Notes: generated by a model from the sequence alone, not told the origin. Counted from the first letter of the stretch, positions 37,708-47,240 are shown. The stretch: DNA of 47,253 nt from Bdellovibrionales bacterium (GCA_031426555.1 JANPLN010000047.1:1-47253), one strand, 5' to 3'. Program-made: numbers and translations.

Positions 37708-39075
37708 ATGAAGCTGAACTCATCCTCGACCAACATCTTGCGTAGATTGCTCACCGGGCGGCCAAATCGTCCGCTACGCTCGTTGTTAAAACGCATCGAA
37801 ACTGTGGATCTCGCATCGCTTCTCACCCAGCTGCACACTACAGAACGAAAGGTTCTTGTTGAAAATTTAATCAGCATTAAAAAAATCGGCACTGTGCTTG
37901 CGCAAATTCCCGAAAGCCAATTGCGCGACGTACTGAGCGGCATTGACCACCCTACCTTTTTACAAGTGCTCCATGCCTCGGCCATCCATGACAGTGCTTT
38001 TCTGCTGAACAACATCGAGGACGACAAGCGAACTGCGCTGCTTGGCGAACTCCCCTACGCGCTGAAGGAGCGAGTGCTGCAGTATTTAAATTTCCCCGAG
38101 GACTCCGCGGGGCGAATGATGACCTCGCACTTCTTTTCGGTACCCAGTCACACGTCGGCGCAAGAAGGATTGGATCTCCTTCGCCAGCGGGCGCAGGAAG
38201 AATCCCTTTATTACATTTATTGCACCAACGAAGAACAGAAGCTTGTCGGCGTGGTGTCTTTACGCAATCTCGTGACAGCACCCCCGGCGACCCCCATCGA
38301 AAAGCTCGCCAAAAAAGATGTGGTCACAGTAAAGACAGATACGCCCTCCGAGCAGGTGGCCCAAGTTGTGAGTCACTACGACTTTATTGCGATCCCAGTT
38401 GTGAACCACAAAGAGGAGATGGTGGGCATCGTAACCATTGACGACGTGGTGGATCTTATTCAAGAGCAAGCCATTGCCAAGATCTACGCGCGCGCGGGTC
38501 TTCAACAAGACGACCGTGTGTATTCGAATATTTCAGAAAAGGTTCGCAATCGGGTTCCATGGATGATGTTAAATTTGGGTCTATCAGCAGTGGCCAGTAT
38601 TGTTGTTTCGCAATTTGAAGACATTCTCCAAGAACTGGTTATTTTGGCTGTGACTAAAAACATTGTCGCCAGTACGAGTGGTAACACGGCGATTCAATGC
38701 CTAACGGTGGTAACGCGCGGAATTGCCACCAACGATTTTCAGTTTATCACTTACGCCAAAGCATTTTGGCGAGAGTTCATTGTGGGAAGCATCATCGGCG
38801 CCATCATGGGGCTTTTTTCAGGACTTTTCCTCTACTTCTTTATGTGGAATGATGATCGCAGTGTCATCGTTGGCTCCGTGATGTTTATTTCCATGCTCGT
38901 CACATCGGTGGTTGGAGCAGGAGCTGGAGCTGGCGTTCCCTTTTTACTCAAAAAAATGGGGCGCGACCCCGCAGTGGGAAGCGGCGTTTTAGTTACAGTG
39001 ATCACCGATATTTTTGGATTCTTTTCGTTTTTAGGTTTGGCAACGTTTGCAATGAAATTTTTTGGGTCGCATTAA
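37708..39075 (+). CDS. mgtE: Magnesium transporter MgtE
   Basis: N-domain, SAGRMMT, tandem CBS (LVGVVSLRNL; VGIVTIDDVVD), TM region with GNTA.Q and DPA..SG..VT..TD. Confidence 0.93.
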   Translation: MKLNSSSTNILRRLLTGRPNRPLRSLLKRIETVDLASLLTQLHTTERKVLVENLISIKKIGTVLAQIPESQLRDVLSGIDHPTFLQVLHASAIHDSAFLLNNIEDDKRTALLGELPYALKERVLQYLNFPEDSAGRMMTSHFFSVPSHTSAQEGLDLLRQRAQEESLYYIYCTNEEQKLVGVVSLRNLVTAPPATPIEKLAKKDVVTVKTDTPSEQVAQVVSHYDFIAIPVVNHKEEMVGIVTIDDVVDLIQEQAIAKIYARAGLQQDDRVYSNISEKVRNRVPWMMLNLGLSAVASIVVSQFEDILQELVILAVTKNIVASTSGNTAIQCLTVVTRGIATNDFQFITYAKAFWREFIVGSIIGAIMGLFSGLFLYFFMWNDDRSVIVGSVMFISMLVTSVVGAGAGAGVPFLLKKMGRDPAVGSGVLVTVITDIFGFFSFLGLATFAMKFFGSH

Positions 39076-39095
39076 TTAACAGGGAAACAACATCT

Positions 39096-40073
39096 ATGTA
39101 CGAGCAAATTGTTAAAGATATACAGGCCGCTAAAACCATTCTGCTAACCACGCACCGACAGTGTGACGGAGATGGACTGGGAGCTCAACTCGGAATGTAC
39201 CACGCCCTGCGCGCCCTCGGAAAAGAGGTGCGCGTTTTGAATGTGGATGCCACGCCCAATAAATATCGCTTTTTAACTCCTGACTCCTACATTCAGTATT
39301 TTGATAGCCACCACGATTTGATTCAAGGGGTTTCGTTAGCCATTGTTTTCGACACCAACGACTACCGTTTGCTCGAACCGCTTTATGCGGAAATCGAAAA
39401 AAATTGCCAAAAGATTTTATTCGTTGATCACCATCCGGTGTTAAAGACCGGTCCCGAACCCACAGCGGGCTCCGTGATCAACACCAATGCCGCGAGCACA
39501 GGGGAAATGGTCTACGATATCATCACGGCTCTGGGTGCTCCCATGAATCGCGACATCGCTCGCGCGCTTTACACCAGTATCGCTTTTGATACGCAAATTT
39601 TCCGCTACGTGCGAAACTCTTACCGTTCCCACGAAATTGCAGCGGTACTTTTGCGTTACGAGACCGAACCCAGCATCATTCACAAACATATCTTTGGAAA
39701 TTTTACGGCTTTAAAATACAAATACCTTTCCAAGGTGCTCTCCGAAATGGAATTCTTTTACAAAGATCGCTTGGTATTTTTGCAAATTAGCAGCCAAGAA
39801 CTTTCTCAATATGGTCTCAGTGCCGACGACAGCCGCGATTTGGTGGACATGATGATGAATATTGAGTCCGTACAAATTGCCGTGGTTATTCGCGAGGATG
39901 AGATTGGCCACTTTAAAGTGAGCTTACGAAGCAAAGGTCACTTCGACGTCAACGCGCTCGCAGAGTCTCTCGGCGGCGGCGGCCATGTATTCTCCGCAGG
40001 CGCCTCTATAAAAATGCCAGGCGATGTTCTGAAGAAAAAAATTGTCGAGCACTTCGCCAAATTTAACAGTTAA
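39096..40073 (+). CDS. nrnA: DHH/DHHA1 oligoribonuclease / pAp phosphatase
   Basis: TH...DGDGLG, FVDHH, AASTGE, DT..FRY, KVSLRSKG, GGGGH..SAG. Confidence 0.9.
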   Translation: MYEQIVKDIQAAKTILLTTHRQCDGDGLGAQLGMYHALRALGKEVRVLNVDATPNKYRFLTPDSYIQYFDSHHDLIQGVSLAIVFDTNDYRLLEPLYAEIEKNCQKILFVDHHPVLKTGPEPTAGSVINTNAASTGEMVYDIITALGAPMNRDIARALYTSIAFDTQIFRYVRNSYRSHEIAAVLLRYETEPSIIHKHIFGNFTALKYKYLSKVLSEMEFFYKDRLVFLQISSQELSQYGLSADDSRDLVDMMMNIESVQIAVVIREDEIGHFKVSLRSKGHFDVNALAESLGGGGHVFSAGASIKMPGDVLKKKIVEHFAKFNS

Positions 40074-40100
40074 GATCCTTTGCTGCGCTCAGGATGACGG
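40073..40100 (-). repeat. CGTC-tagged REP-like palindromic repeat, copy 2
   Basis: AGATCCTTTGCTGCGCTCAGGATGACGG; contains the TGA stop of the 40089-40532 gene. Confidence 0.8.
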
Positions 40101-40532
40101 GGTACCGCTTATACCGTACTTCTTAAAAAGGGCGTCGACTTCGGGCAAACAGGTTCCGCAGCTCGTGTTGGCTGAACTCCGGGCTCGCACCTTTTCGATG
40201 GTGTGGGCGCCTAAAATGATGGCTCTTTCCACATTGATTTGTGGAATTTTTCGGCAATGACACAACTCCGGGTCCGAGGGTTCATCGCCCCACTCTTCTC
40301 GAATTTTTAACACTAATTCACGCAAGAGCAGCTGTTCGGGCTCTTTCCCCTGCGGGACGGGAAGCTTACTTTTGTGAACCAACATCATTGCCTGCAACTG
40401 ATTGATGGCTGCAGAGAGAGCCAAACGCCCCACGACGTTCCACTGAATTTTGCGAACCGTGTCTTTTTCGAAAGTCACGATCGCTTCGACGGAGTCACCA
40501 CCCTTTATGGCTGCCACAAAGGTTTTTATCAT
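40089..40532 (-). CDS. BFD-like [2Fe-2S]-binding protein
   Basis: C-terminal LCHC.....ANTSCGTC motif. Confidence 0.8.
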   Translation of the reverse strand: MIKTFVAAIKGGDSVEAIVTFEKDTVRKIQWNVVGRLALSAAINQLQAMMLVHKSKLPVPQGKEPEQLLLRELVLKIREEWGDEPSDPELCHCRKIPQINVERAIILGAHTIEKVRARSSANTSCGTCLPEVDALFKKYGISGTPSS

Positions 40533-40987
40533 GGAGTTGGATCTCCAAAGTAGTTTTCAAACAATGCTTTTTGTGGATAGGAAAACCACATGCCAATCAA
40601 AAATAAAAAGTAGAAGGGATAAATTATCCAACCTGTTTGCGTAAAAATGGCAATCATGATTCCGATGATAGCTACAAATTCTAACAGGAGTATATGGATG
40701 GCATAGACAAGTAGAAGCGTTTCTTTCAGCTTTCGGCCTTCGTAGGCTTTGAGTTTTGCCCCGCGAACCTTCATGTAGTTTTGAAAAAAGCGAATCCCGT
40801 AAACAAAACTAATAACGGCCATCAAGACAAACACAACGTAAACTGCCAAAGGCGCCGTTTGTGGACCTGGCTGCGTGATAAAAAATTCGAGGCCCCAAAA
40901 CGAAAAAAGTGTGGATTGAATCAAAATTCCAAAAAATACGAAGCGCGCTGTTTTGACTGTGGAAGCAAGCAGAGATGGTTTATCCAT
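40529..40987 (-). CDS. Hypothetical 4-TM membrane protein
   Basis: Four hydrophobic segments; ATG 40987; 4-nt overlap with the BFD gene. Confidence 0.7.
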   Translation of the reverse strand: MDKPSLLASTVKTARFVFFGILIQSTLFSFWGLEFFITQPGPQTAPLAVYVVFVLMAVISFVYGIRFFQNYMKVRGAKLKAYEGRKLKETLLLVYAIHILLLEFVAIIGIMIAIFTQTGWIIYPFYFLFLIGMWFSYPQKALFENYFGDPTP

Positions 40988-41011
40988 AAAACTATGGTAG
41001 CAATGGAGCCC

Positions 41012-41746
41012 ATGGACGTCCACCAAATCCCGGCCCGCAAAGACAATTACATTTATGTGCTCGAGGACCAAAGGCTCGACCATTGTGCTGTGATTGACGC
41101 CACGGACTTTGAACTGATTCAGCAGTTTTGCAAAGTGCGGAAAAAACGCTTGTCTTCAATCTTTGTCACTCACCACCACGAAGACCACATCAATGCCATC
41201 GGCCGCCTCGTCGATCTTTACCAATGCGAGGTTTATGCGGCCCAAAACGACGCCCACCGAATTCCTGGAGCGACTCAACTTGTGAACAACAATGATACTG
41301 TTTTTTATGGACCCCATGCTCTCAAGGTTTTTTCAACACCCGGGCACACTCTGGGACATATTTCTTACTATGATGCCGTCATTGGTCGGTTGTTCTGTGG
41401 CGATGTGATCTTTCGTTTTGGCTGCGGACGACTGTTCGAAGGCACACGACCAATGATGCTGAATACCCTGACGAAATTGCGCGACCTCCCCGACGACACC
41501 ATGATTTACTGCGCTCACGAGTACACACTGGCCAATTTAAAATTTTGCCAAAAACTCGAGCCGCAAAATGAGTATTTAAAAAATTTTCAACAAGCTCCAC
41601 CCACTGTGCCGTTTCGCCTCGAAGAGCAAAAAGCCCACAGCCCCTTTTTCCGTTGGGACGATCCACTCATCCGCGCGCAATTAAAGACATCATCAGACGT
41701 AGAAACCTTCGCCCGCGTCCGCAACCTCCGCAACCCGTCATCTTGA
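41012..41746 (+). CDS. gloB: Hydroxyacylglutathione hydrolase (glyoxalase II)
   Basis: DNYIY, THHHEDH, TPGHTLGH, FCGD..F..GCGRLFEG, YCAHEYT..N; ATG 41012 after GGAG. Confidence 0.93.
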   Translation: MDVHQIPARKDNYIYVLEDQRLDHCAVIDATDFELIQQFCKVRKKRLSSIFVTHHHEDHINAIGRLVDLYQCEVYAAQNDAHRIPGATQLVNNNDTVFYGPHALKVFSTPGHTLGHISYYDAVIGRLFCGDVIFRFGCGRLFEGTRPMMLNTLTKLRDLPDDTMIYCAHEYTLANLKFCQKLEPQNEYLKNFQQAPPTVPFRLEEQKAHSPFFRWDDPLIRAQLKTSSDVETFARVRNLRNPSS

Positions 41747-41789
41747 GCCTAGCGAAGGATCTTTCCGGCTGAAGCCTTCGAGATGACGG
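41735..41789 (+). repeat. CGTC-tagged REP-like element, copy 3, with partial inverted second arm
   Basis: CCGTCATCTTGAGCCTAGCGAAGGATCT...TCGAGATGACGG; the ends form an inverted pair; contains the gloB stop. Confidence 0.75.
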
Positions 41790-41796
41790 TGGATGC

Positions 41797-42159
41797 CTAA
41801 AGGTTGGTGTATTTGGTGTTTTGGCCCTTTGCTTTTTCGACGGGGTATTTGGCTTTGTTTTTTTGCAGTTTTTTGACGAAGGCGTCCGACAAATCAAAAT
41901 CGTATTTTTGCGAAATTCGCAAAAGGAAAAACAAAACGTCGGCAAGCTCATCCGAAATCGCCTCGCGCTGGGCGGGTTGTTTTAAAAGCTCCCCGATTTG
42001 TGTTTCAGACTGAAAGCGGAACACTTCCAAAAGCTCAGCACTCTCGGTAACCGCGCCGATGGCGAGATCTTTGATGTTATGAAACTGATCCCACTCCCGC
42101 TCTTCGCAAAACTGGCCAGTGGCTTTTTTTAAATCTTCAATCTTGGTGTCTTGGTCCAT
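41797..42159 (-). CDS. MazG-like nucleotide pyrophosphohydrolase (DCTPP1-type)
   Basis: FCEEREWDQFH..KDLA..ESAELLE.F, DELADV, KN..KYP. Confidence 0.88.
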   Translation of the reverse strand: MDQDTKIEDLKKATGQFCEEREWDQFHNIKDLAIGAVTESAELLEVFRFQSETQIGELLKQPAQREAISDELADVLFFLLRISQKYDFDLSDAFVKKLQKNKAKYPVEKAKGQNTKYTNL

Positions 42160-42943
42160 TGGGGTCTCTTTTCCACGAAAAATCACGAAACAGCTCTTTA
42201 ATTTTTGAATCCAGATCTTGTCGGTAACAAATAAATCCGTTGTTGAGATATTGGGGCTTTCCGTAGCGCAGCGATTCCAACGTTTTCAAATCCACAACCC
42301 GACAACCTGCCTCTTCGAGCAGGATTTGCCCCGAGGCCGTATCCCATTCGTAGGTGTTTCCAAAACGTGGATAAAAATCCACATCGCCACGAGCCATGTT
42401 GCACATTTTTAAAATCGACTCTTGATGACGAACTTCTTGAATATTGAGCGCCGACATCAGCGGCTGGGCCTGGGGCTTTAAATGGAAACCCGAGGAATAG
42501 GCCACCAGCGCGTTTCGAGTTTGCGCGTTAGTGATTTTACTGCCGTTAAAAAAACTGCCTTTGCCAAGTTCGGCGCTAAACATCAGACCCGTTGCCGGAA
42601 AATACGTCACTCCAAGGATGGGGCGACCCGCTGAAACCAGCGCGACAAGCACCGCAAAATGCGGGGCCTGATCGATAAAATATTGCGTCCCGTCCAAGGG
42701 GTCGACGATGAAGTAATCCTGATTTGGAAGGGGTAACTGCCGCTCTTCGCTCACTACGGGGGCTCCCAGAGCCTCTAGCTTCTCGATGAGGAATTCGTTT
42801 GAGGCGTGGTCGGCCTCGGTCACTGGGCTGCCATCGGTTTTGTCGATGATTCTAAGATCGGGCTTTTTAAAGTACTTCAGCAGAATTTCGCCGGCCTGAA
42901 TGGTGATTTTTTCAATTTTTTCGCGCATAACTGGGGCCAACAT
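42137..42943 (-). CDS. cysQ: 3'(2'),5'-bisphosphate nucleotidase (inositol monophosphatase family)
   Basis: K.DGSPVTEAD, VSEE, VDPLDGT, YPRFG.TYEWDTASGQ; start at 42943 or 42928. Confidence 0.88.
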   Translation of the reverse strand: MLAPVMREKIEKITIQAGEILLKYFKKPDLRIIDKTDGSPVTEADHASNEFLIEKLEALGAPVVSEERQLPLPNQDYFIVDPLDGTQYFIDQAPHFAVLVALVSAGRPILGVTYFPATGLMFSAELGKGSFFNGSKITNAQTRNALVAYSSGFHLKPQAQPLMSALNIQEVRHQESILKMCNMARGDVDFYPRFGNTYEWDTASGQILLEEAGCRVVDLKTLESLRYGKPQYLNNGFICYRQDLDSKIKELFRDFSWKRDPNGPRHQD

Positions 42944-42985
42944 AGCTTTAAAAGTTTTAAAAACCAAGAATTTCAAAAGGATTCC

Positions 42986-43014
42986 TTGAAAAACAAAAAC
43001 CGAGGCGTTATAAA
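42986..43014 (+). promoter_or_regulatory. Probable sigma70 promoter of rpmG
   Basis: TTGAAA-N17-TATAAA. Confidence 0.5.
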
Positions 43015-43056
43015 ACGACGCTGGATTAAATAGTTTTTCGTTGAAGTGAGGTTTCC

Positions 43057-43236
43057 ATGGCTAAAAAGGGCAAGATTCGAGTAATTACGTTGGAGTGCAC
43101 CGAGGCTCGTAAAGAAGGCGTTCCGCCATCGCGTTACGTGACTCAAAAAAATTCACAAACTCACCCTGAGCGTTTGGAAAAGAAAAAGTACAATCCAAAT
43201 CTTAAGAAGCACACGCTTCACAAAGAAGTTAAATAA
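43057..43236 (+). CDS. rpmG: 50S ribosomal protein L33
   Basis: Own translation [59 protein letters not shown] (59 aa, below the ORF-track cutoff); GAGG RBS. Confidence 0.95.
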   Translation: MAKKGKIRVITLECTEARKEGVPPSRYVTQKNSQTHPERLEKKKYNPNLKKHTLHKEVK

Positions 43237-43266
43237 TCGTCCGTCCCAAATGGTTGATTTGTTTTA

Positions 43267-43297
43267 AAAAGGCTCCTCAAGGAGCCTTTTCTTTTTT
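43267..43297 (+). terminator. Intrinsic terminator after rpmG
   Basis: AAAAGGCTCC-TCAA-GGAGCCTTTT then T-rich run. Confidence 0.85.
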
Positions 43298-43392
43298 ACC
43301 CATGAGATATCTTCATTTGCCGCCCCCAATGCTGCGTGCTATCGCGTAAGAACACTGTGAGCCCCCCGGCTTACCCAACCAAAGGATATGCC

Positions 43393-43710
43393 ATGAGTCT
43401 ACTTCTTCTTGTTTTCGGCCTGTTTGCCTCTTTTTCAAGCGCAGAAACCCTCGAGCCACAAATTTGCATCACCGTTTACACAAGCGACGTCACTTTTGCC
43501 AATGTAGCGCTCACTGCAGCCTCTGAGCAAAAAGACCTTTTTAACGTTGAGTCCTTAAAACTCGAGCGATCAGCAACCGGAGTCGTCGTTTACCTTGAGG
43601 GGTCAAACGCGGGCGGAACTGAGATCAGCCTAGAAGTACGAATGAAACAAGATTGCGGAACTGGCGAAGCGCTTGTGCTTTCGATCACCGGCCCCACTGT
43701 TCTTTTATAA
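43393..43710 (+). CDS. Small secreted hypothetical protein
   Basis: AAGGA RBS, signal peptide ending SSA, two Cys. Confidence 0.65.
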   Translation: MSLLLLVFGLFASFSSAETLEPQICITVYTSDVTFANVALTAASEQKDLFNVESLKLERSATGVVVYLEGSNAGGTEISLEVRMKQDCGTGEALVLSITGPTVLL

Positions 43711-43736
43711 GACGAAAGATTATTCGCAGGCCAAAT

Positions 43737-43768
43737 AAAAAAAGCCCTCATTCGAGGGCTTTTTTTTT
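43737..43768. terminator. Bidirectional intrinsic terminator
   Basis: A7-GCCCTC-ATTC-GAGGGC-T9 between convergent genes. Confidence 0.88.
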
Positions 43769-43789
43769 ACCTAATGCACTGCCGCCGGT

Positions 43790-43808
43790 AAAGGTACTTG
43801 GTACCTTT
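43790..43808. repeat. Palindromic repeat AAAGGTAC-TTG-GTACCTTT
   Basis: Same core as 16644-16660; overlaps the TAA stop of the TonB-dependent receptor. Confidence 0.7.
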
Positions 43809-46366
43809 TAGAACGTGTAGTTCAGAGTTGTGTAGTAATAGCGACCGATTGGATCGTAGATTTCGGTGTTTAAGGCAACCTGTCCTGTTTCATCCAATGG
43901 ACGTGCAGTATCAAATACGTTTTTTACTCCAACGTTCAAACCTACTTTTTTAAACAAGTTTTGTTTGCCGTAGTTTAAATCAAACTCAGTGTGGGTTCTT
44001 AAAGATCCAGCACCCACGGCTCCCACAGCACCATAGTTCGCAGCTTTATCACCGCCAGAGATAGTTCTAAGCGTACCGCGAAGGGAGTGTTCGTTGCGAA
44101 TTGTCGTTACGTTTATATTATTCTTAAAATAATTGTCTTGATCATTTTGGATACCTAGACCCGGAAAAGATTCTCCAGATGTTTTCAAAAACTGAATATG
44201 AGTCATGTTAAACACCACGTTTAAAGGAACTCCTATGTTAGCCTTAGATTGTGTTGTGACACTAAAATCAAGACCCTGTCTGATCCGAGTTGCTATGTTA
44301 TAGGCAGATAACATATTGATACGATCAATCTGGCCTGTCCCATTGCGAACAATATCAATGTTGTATCTATCACGCAAAAACTGTTCGCCAAACACAGAGG
44401 CTGCTCTCATCACTTGGTTCATATCTAAAGCGCCAACAGCGTCATCAATTGTGGCGATAAATACATTGGATTCGATGCTCCAGTTTTTCTTGGGCTGTAA
44501 AATAAATCCTGCGTTGTAATATAAGGATCTTTCCTGAGTCAGATTCGGATTTGCACTTGTTAAAACTTCGTACTGTCTATTGGAGCATGTCGGACCAACG
44601 TTACCTGCAGCGGCGCATCCCACAGCGTCGCGCATTCGCGGATATCCAAGACTTCCACCATTGTACAAATCTGCAAGATTTGGCGCTCTAAAGCCAGAAC
44701 CAATCGATGATCTAAACATCAACTTATCATTGGCCTGCCAACTAAGAGATAGTTTGGGATTTATTGTATTACCAAAATCACTGTAGTTGTCATAACGAGC
44801 GGCTAAACCAATCTCTAGATCTTCGATAGGAAAAATAGATGCTTCTGTGAAAACAGCTTCATAGCTACGAGTTCCAAATCCGTTCCCACCGTTCCCACCG
44901 TAGCTGCTATTGGCGGCGGTAACGCCGTCCACTTCACTGCGATACATTTGCCATGCTGTAGACGCTCCTACAGCCAGCGAAGAGGCGTCAGTGATTTGAC
45001 CCGTGGCAATGGCGCGAGCCTCTGCCTGACGAGACTGTGTTACATCGTAAGGACGGATAATCGTCGAAGCGATGCTTCCTTGTTGATCTAGTGGCAGAAG
45101 CGGGTTGTATCCGTTCCCCACAAGAGCGCTCAGCTTACGAGTGTCTGCATAGCCTTGACCATCGCCGCGTGCTCTTGAGTCTGCATAGGATCCTGTTAAA
45201 TCCAATGTCCAAGAGCCTCCAAGTTTAGTTTCAACTGACTGACTCACATTATAAGCCGTCGTTTGATCTTGGTTGTCACGCGTACCGGCACTTAAAAGAC
45301 GGTAACGAACATCCACAAGTCCGTTTAAAGGGTTGATCGATGGATTTGTGATACCAATGGCCGCTGCCTGCGCTGGAGTGATTTGCAAAGTTCCTGGCGC
45401 AGGAGCTAAACGTGTTTGTACATCTCTGTAAGTAAAATTCGCTTGCGATTTAAGTTTTACATTTTCCGATAATTTATATTGAGCATTTAACAGCGTCGAG
45501 TACTGGGCGATTTTCGGCATTTCCCATGAGTATTTAGAGTAATCAAATAAACAGTAAGAGCCCGAAGAATCTGTCACTTGCTGATCTGCGGGGCAGCTTA
45601 AAAATTGGTTATTCCCGCTAGCATCTGTCCACTGACCAACTTGGCTTGTTCCGCTGCCTTGGTTAGCGAGGTTTGTTACCTTTGTAAATTCGCGATCCGC
45701 ACTCGCCAGTTCTGCATTGTTACGATACTGAATAATCCCCGTAACAGACCCGCGCTTGAACGTTTTCCCGAAGGTTCCAAAAAAATCTGTTCGTTGCGCG
45801 CCTCCAGCTTGGGCCATGGATTGCCCAAGGGAGACCGATCCCCCGTTGTAGTCTTTTTTAGTGATAAAGTTGATAACACCACCGATGGCATCAGAACCGT
45901 ACGTTGCAGATGCACCATCTTTTAAAATTTCGACGCGCTCTATGGCCGCCGTGGGAATTAAGTTAAGATCCACGGAGTTCTCGCCACCCATTTTAGGGAG
46001 GCGATTTCCATCCAGCAACACGAGAATAGAGTCTGAACCGAAAGGTCCAATCCCAGTTGTGGCAGCACCTGGATTTCCGTTGATGGCGTTTTCGCGCTGG
46101 CCGCCCGTGGTGAGAGCGTTGTCTCGCAACACATCGGCCACCGAGTTGTAGCCTGATGTCTTTAGGGTTTCGCTAGTGATAGTCTGCACTGGATTGGGTG
46201 CTTCTTCATCCACCCGTTTAATGTAAGAACCTGTGACTTCTATTTTTTTAAGAGTTTTGGTTTCCTGAATAACTTCTTCGATGGGAAGAGTCGTTTCGGA
46301 TGAGTCGTTTTTCGCAACGGCAAAAACAGAAACTAAACAGTATAATAGTGTAAACATGACTTGCAT
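43808..46366 (-). CDS. TonB-dependent outer-membrane receptor
   Basis: IEVTGS TonB box, plug motifs LVLLDG.R and IERVEILKDGASATYGSDAIGGVINFITK, RYDNYSDFG, ends YTTLNYTF. Confidence 0.93.
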   Translation of the reverse strand: MQVMFTLLYCLVSVFAVAKNDSSETTLPIEEVIQETKTLKKIEVTGSYIKRVDEEAPNPVQTITSETLKTSGYNSVADVLRDNALTTGGQRENAINGNPGAATTGIGPFGSDSILVLLDGNRLPKMGGENSVDLNLIPTAAIERVEILKDGASATYGSDAIGGVINFITKKDYNGGSVSLGQSMAQAGGAQRTDFFGTFGKTFKRGSVTGIIQYRNNAELASADREFTKVTNLANQGSGTSQVGQWTDASGNNQFLSCPADQQVTDSSGSYCLFDYSKYSWEMPKIAQYSTLLNAQYKLSENVKLKSQANFTYRDVQTRLAPAPGTLQITPAQAAAIGITNPSINPLNGLVDVRYRLLSAGTRDNQDQTTAYNVSQSVETKLGGSWTLDLTGSYADSRARGDGQGYADTRKLSALVGNGYNPLLPLDQQGSIASTIIRPYDVTQSRQAEARAIATGQITDASSLAVGASTAWQMYRSEVDGVTAANSSYGGNGGNGFGTRSYEAVFTEASIFPIEDLEIGLAARYDNYSDFGNTINPKLSLSWQANDKLMFRSSIGSGFRAPNLADLYNGGSLGYPRMRDAVGCAAAGNVGPTCSNRQYEVLTSANPNLTQERSLYYNAGFILQPKKNWSIESNVFIATIDDAVGALDMNQVMRAASVFGEQFLRDRYNIDIVRNGTGQIDRINMLSAYNIATRIRQGLDFSVTTQSKANIGVPLNVVFNMTHIQFLKTSGESFPGLGIQNDQDNYFKNNINVTTIRNEHSLRGTLRTISGGDKAANYGAVGAVGAGSLRTHTEFDLNYGKQNLFKKVGLNVGVKNVFDTARPLDETGQVALNTEIYDPIGRYYYTTLNYTF

Positions 46367-46535
46367 TCTTTCCCCCTAGTTATCCCCATCTAAATTCGTA
46401 ATGGCTTCCCATTACTTTATCAAGTTAATATAGATGATGTGAATTTTTTGCGCGCTTCATCATAAGGCACCCCCGTAATCGTTGACAGCTCTCAGCGAAG
46501 TGCGAGACACATTTAGGCCACACGGAGGTCGCTCT

Positions 46536-47240
46536 ATGAGGGCTATACTTGTTCTAACGCTTATGTCGCTGACTTTAATCTCTAAGACTTTTGCTCAGAC
46601 TCCCGCCCAGCCGGCGGCCGTCAAAGCAGCAGAAACTCCTTCCACTCCACAGCCAGCCGCGGCTCCAACAGTGGCGCCAGTGGCGGACCCAGTTACTGAA
46701 TTGCCAACGGCGGATGAAGAACCCGTTGCCAGGCGCGAGCCCATCAAAAAAGGTTTTGTTGTAAACCCAAATTTTACTGTGGCCAGCCGAAAACTCGAAG
46801 ACGGCCAAGGGCAACCACAAGGTAAAGTGCGAACGTTTCAGCTGGATTCAAAATTGGGCTACGTTTTTGATTTTGGTTTGTTTACAGGTGTTCAATTGAA
46901 TTATGGTTTTGGTAGCGGGAGCACTGGTACTGCACCAGACAACGACCTCACGACGTATTACGCAGGACCGTCCATCGGCTACAGCTGGGAGTACACGGGA
47001 CTGTTTTTATCAGCGACCTACATAGCGACGGGCTCCTACGATACAACAGGTGTAGGAAAATACGAAAAAGCCACTGGCTATCAGATCGATATCGGCTACC
47101 CAGTGAAAGTTACTGAGAATGTTCAGGTGGGTCCGCAATTAAGTTTAAAACGAATTGATCTTAAAGATGGCAAAAATGCTTTGGCAGACACTGAGATTAA
47201 AGAGTTAACACCTTACTTCGGTCTTTGGCTTTATTTCTAG
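46536..47240 (+). CDS. Outer-membrane beta-barrel protein (about 8 strands) with Pro/Ala-rich linker
   Basis: GGAGG RBS, signal peptide, amphipathic strands, ends YFGLWLYF. Confidence 0.8.
   Translation: MRAILVLTLMSLTLISKTFAQTPAQPAAVKAAETPSTPQPAAAPTVAPVADPVTELPTADEEPVARREPIKKGFVVNPNFTVASRKLEDGQGQPQGKVRTFQLDSKLGYVFDFGLFTGVQLNYGFGSGSTGTAPDNDLTTYYAGPSIGYSWEYTGLFLSATYIATGSYDTTGVGKYEKATGYQIDIGYPVKVTENVQVGPQLSLKRIDLKDGKNALADTEIKELTPYFGLWLYF

Noticed and set aside
46367..46535. Cobalamin riboswitch upstream of the TBDR (GGGAAG seen; B12 enzyme in the window)
   Set aside because: No other B12-box elements, and the leader is short and shared with a divergent gene.
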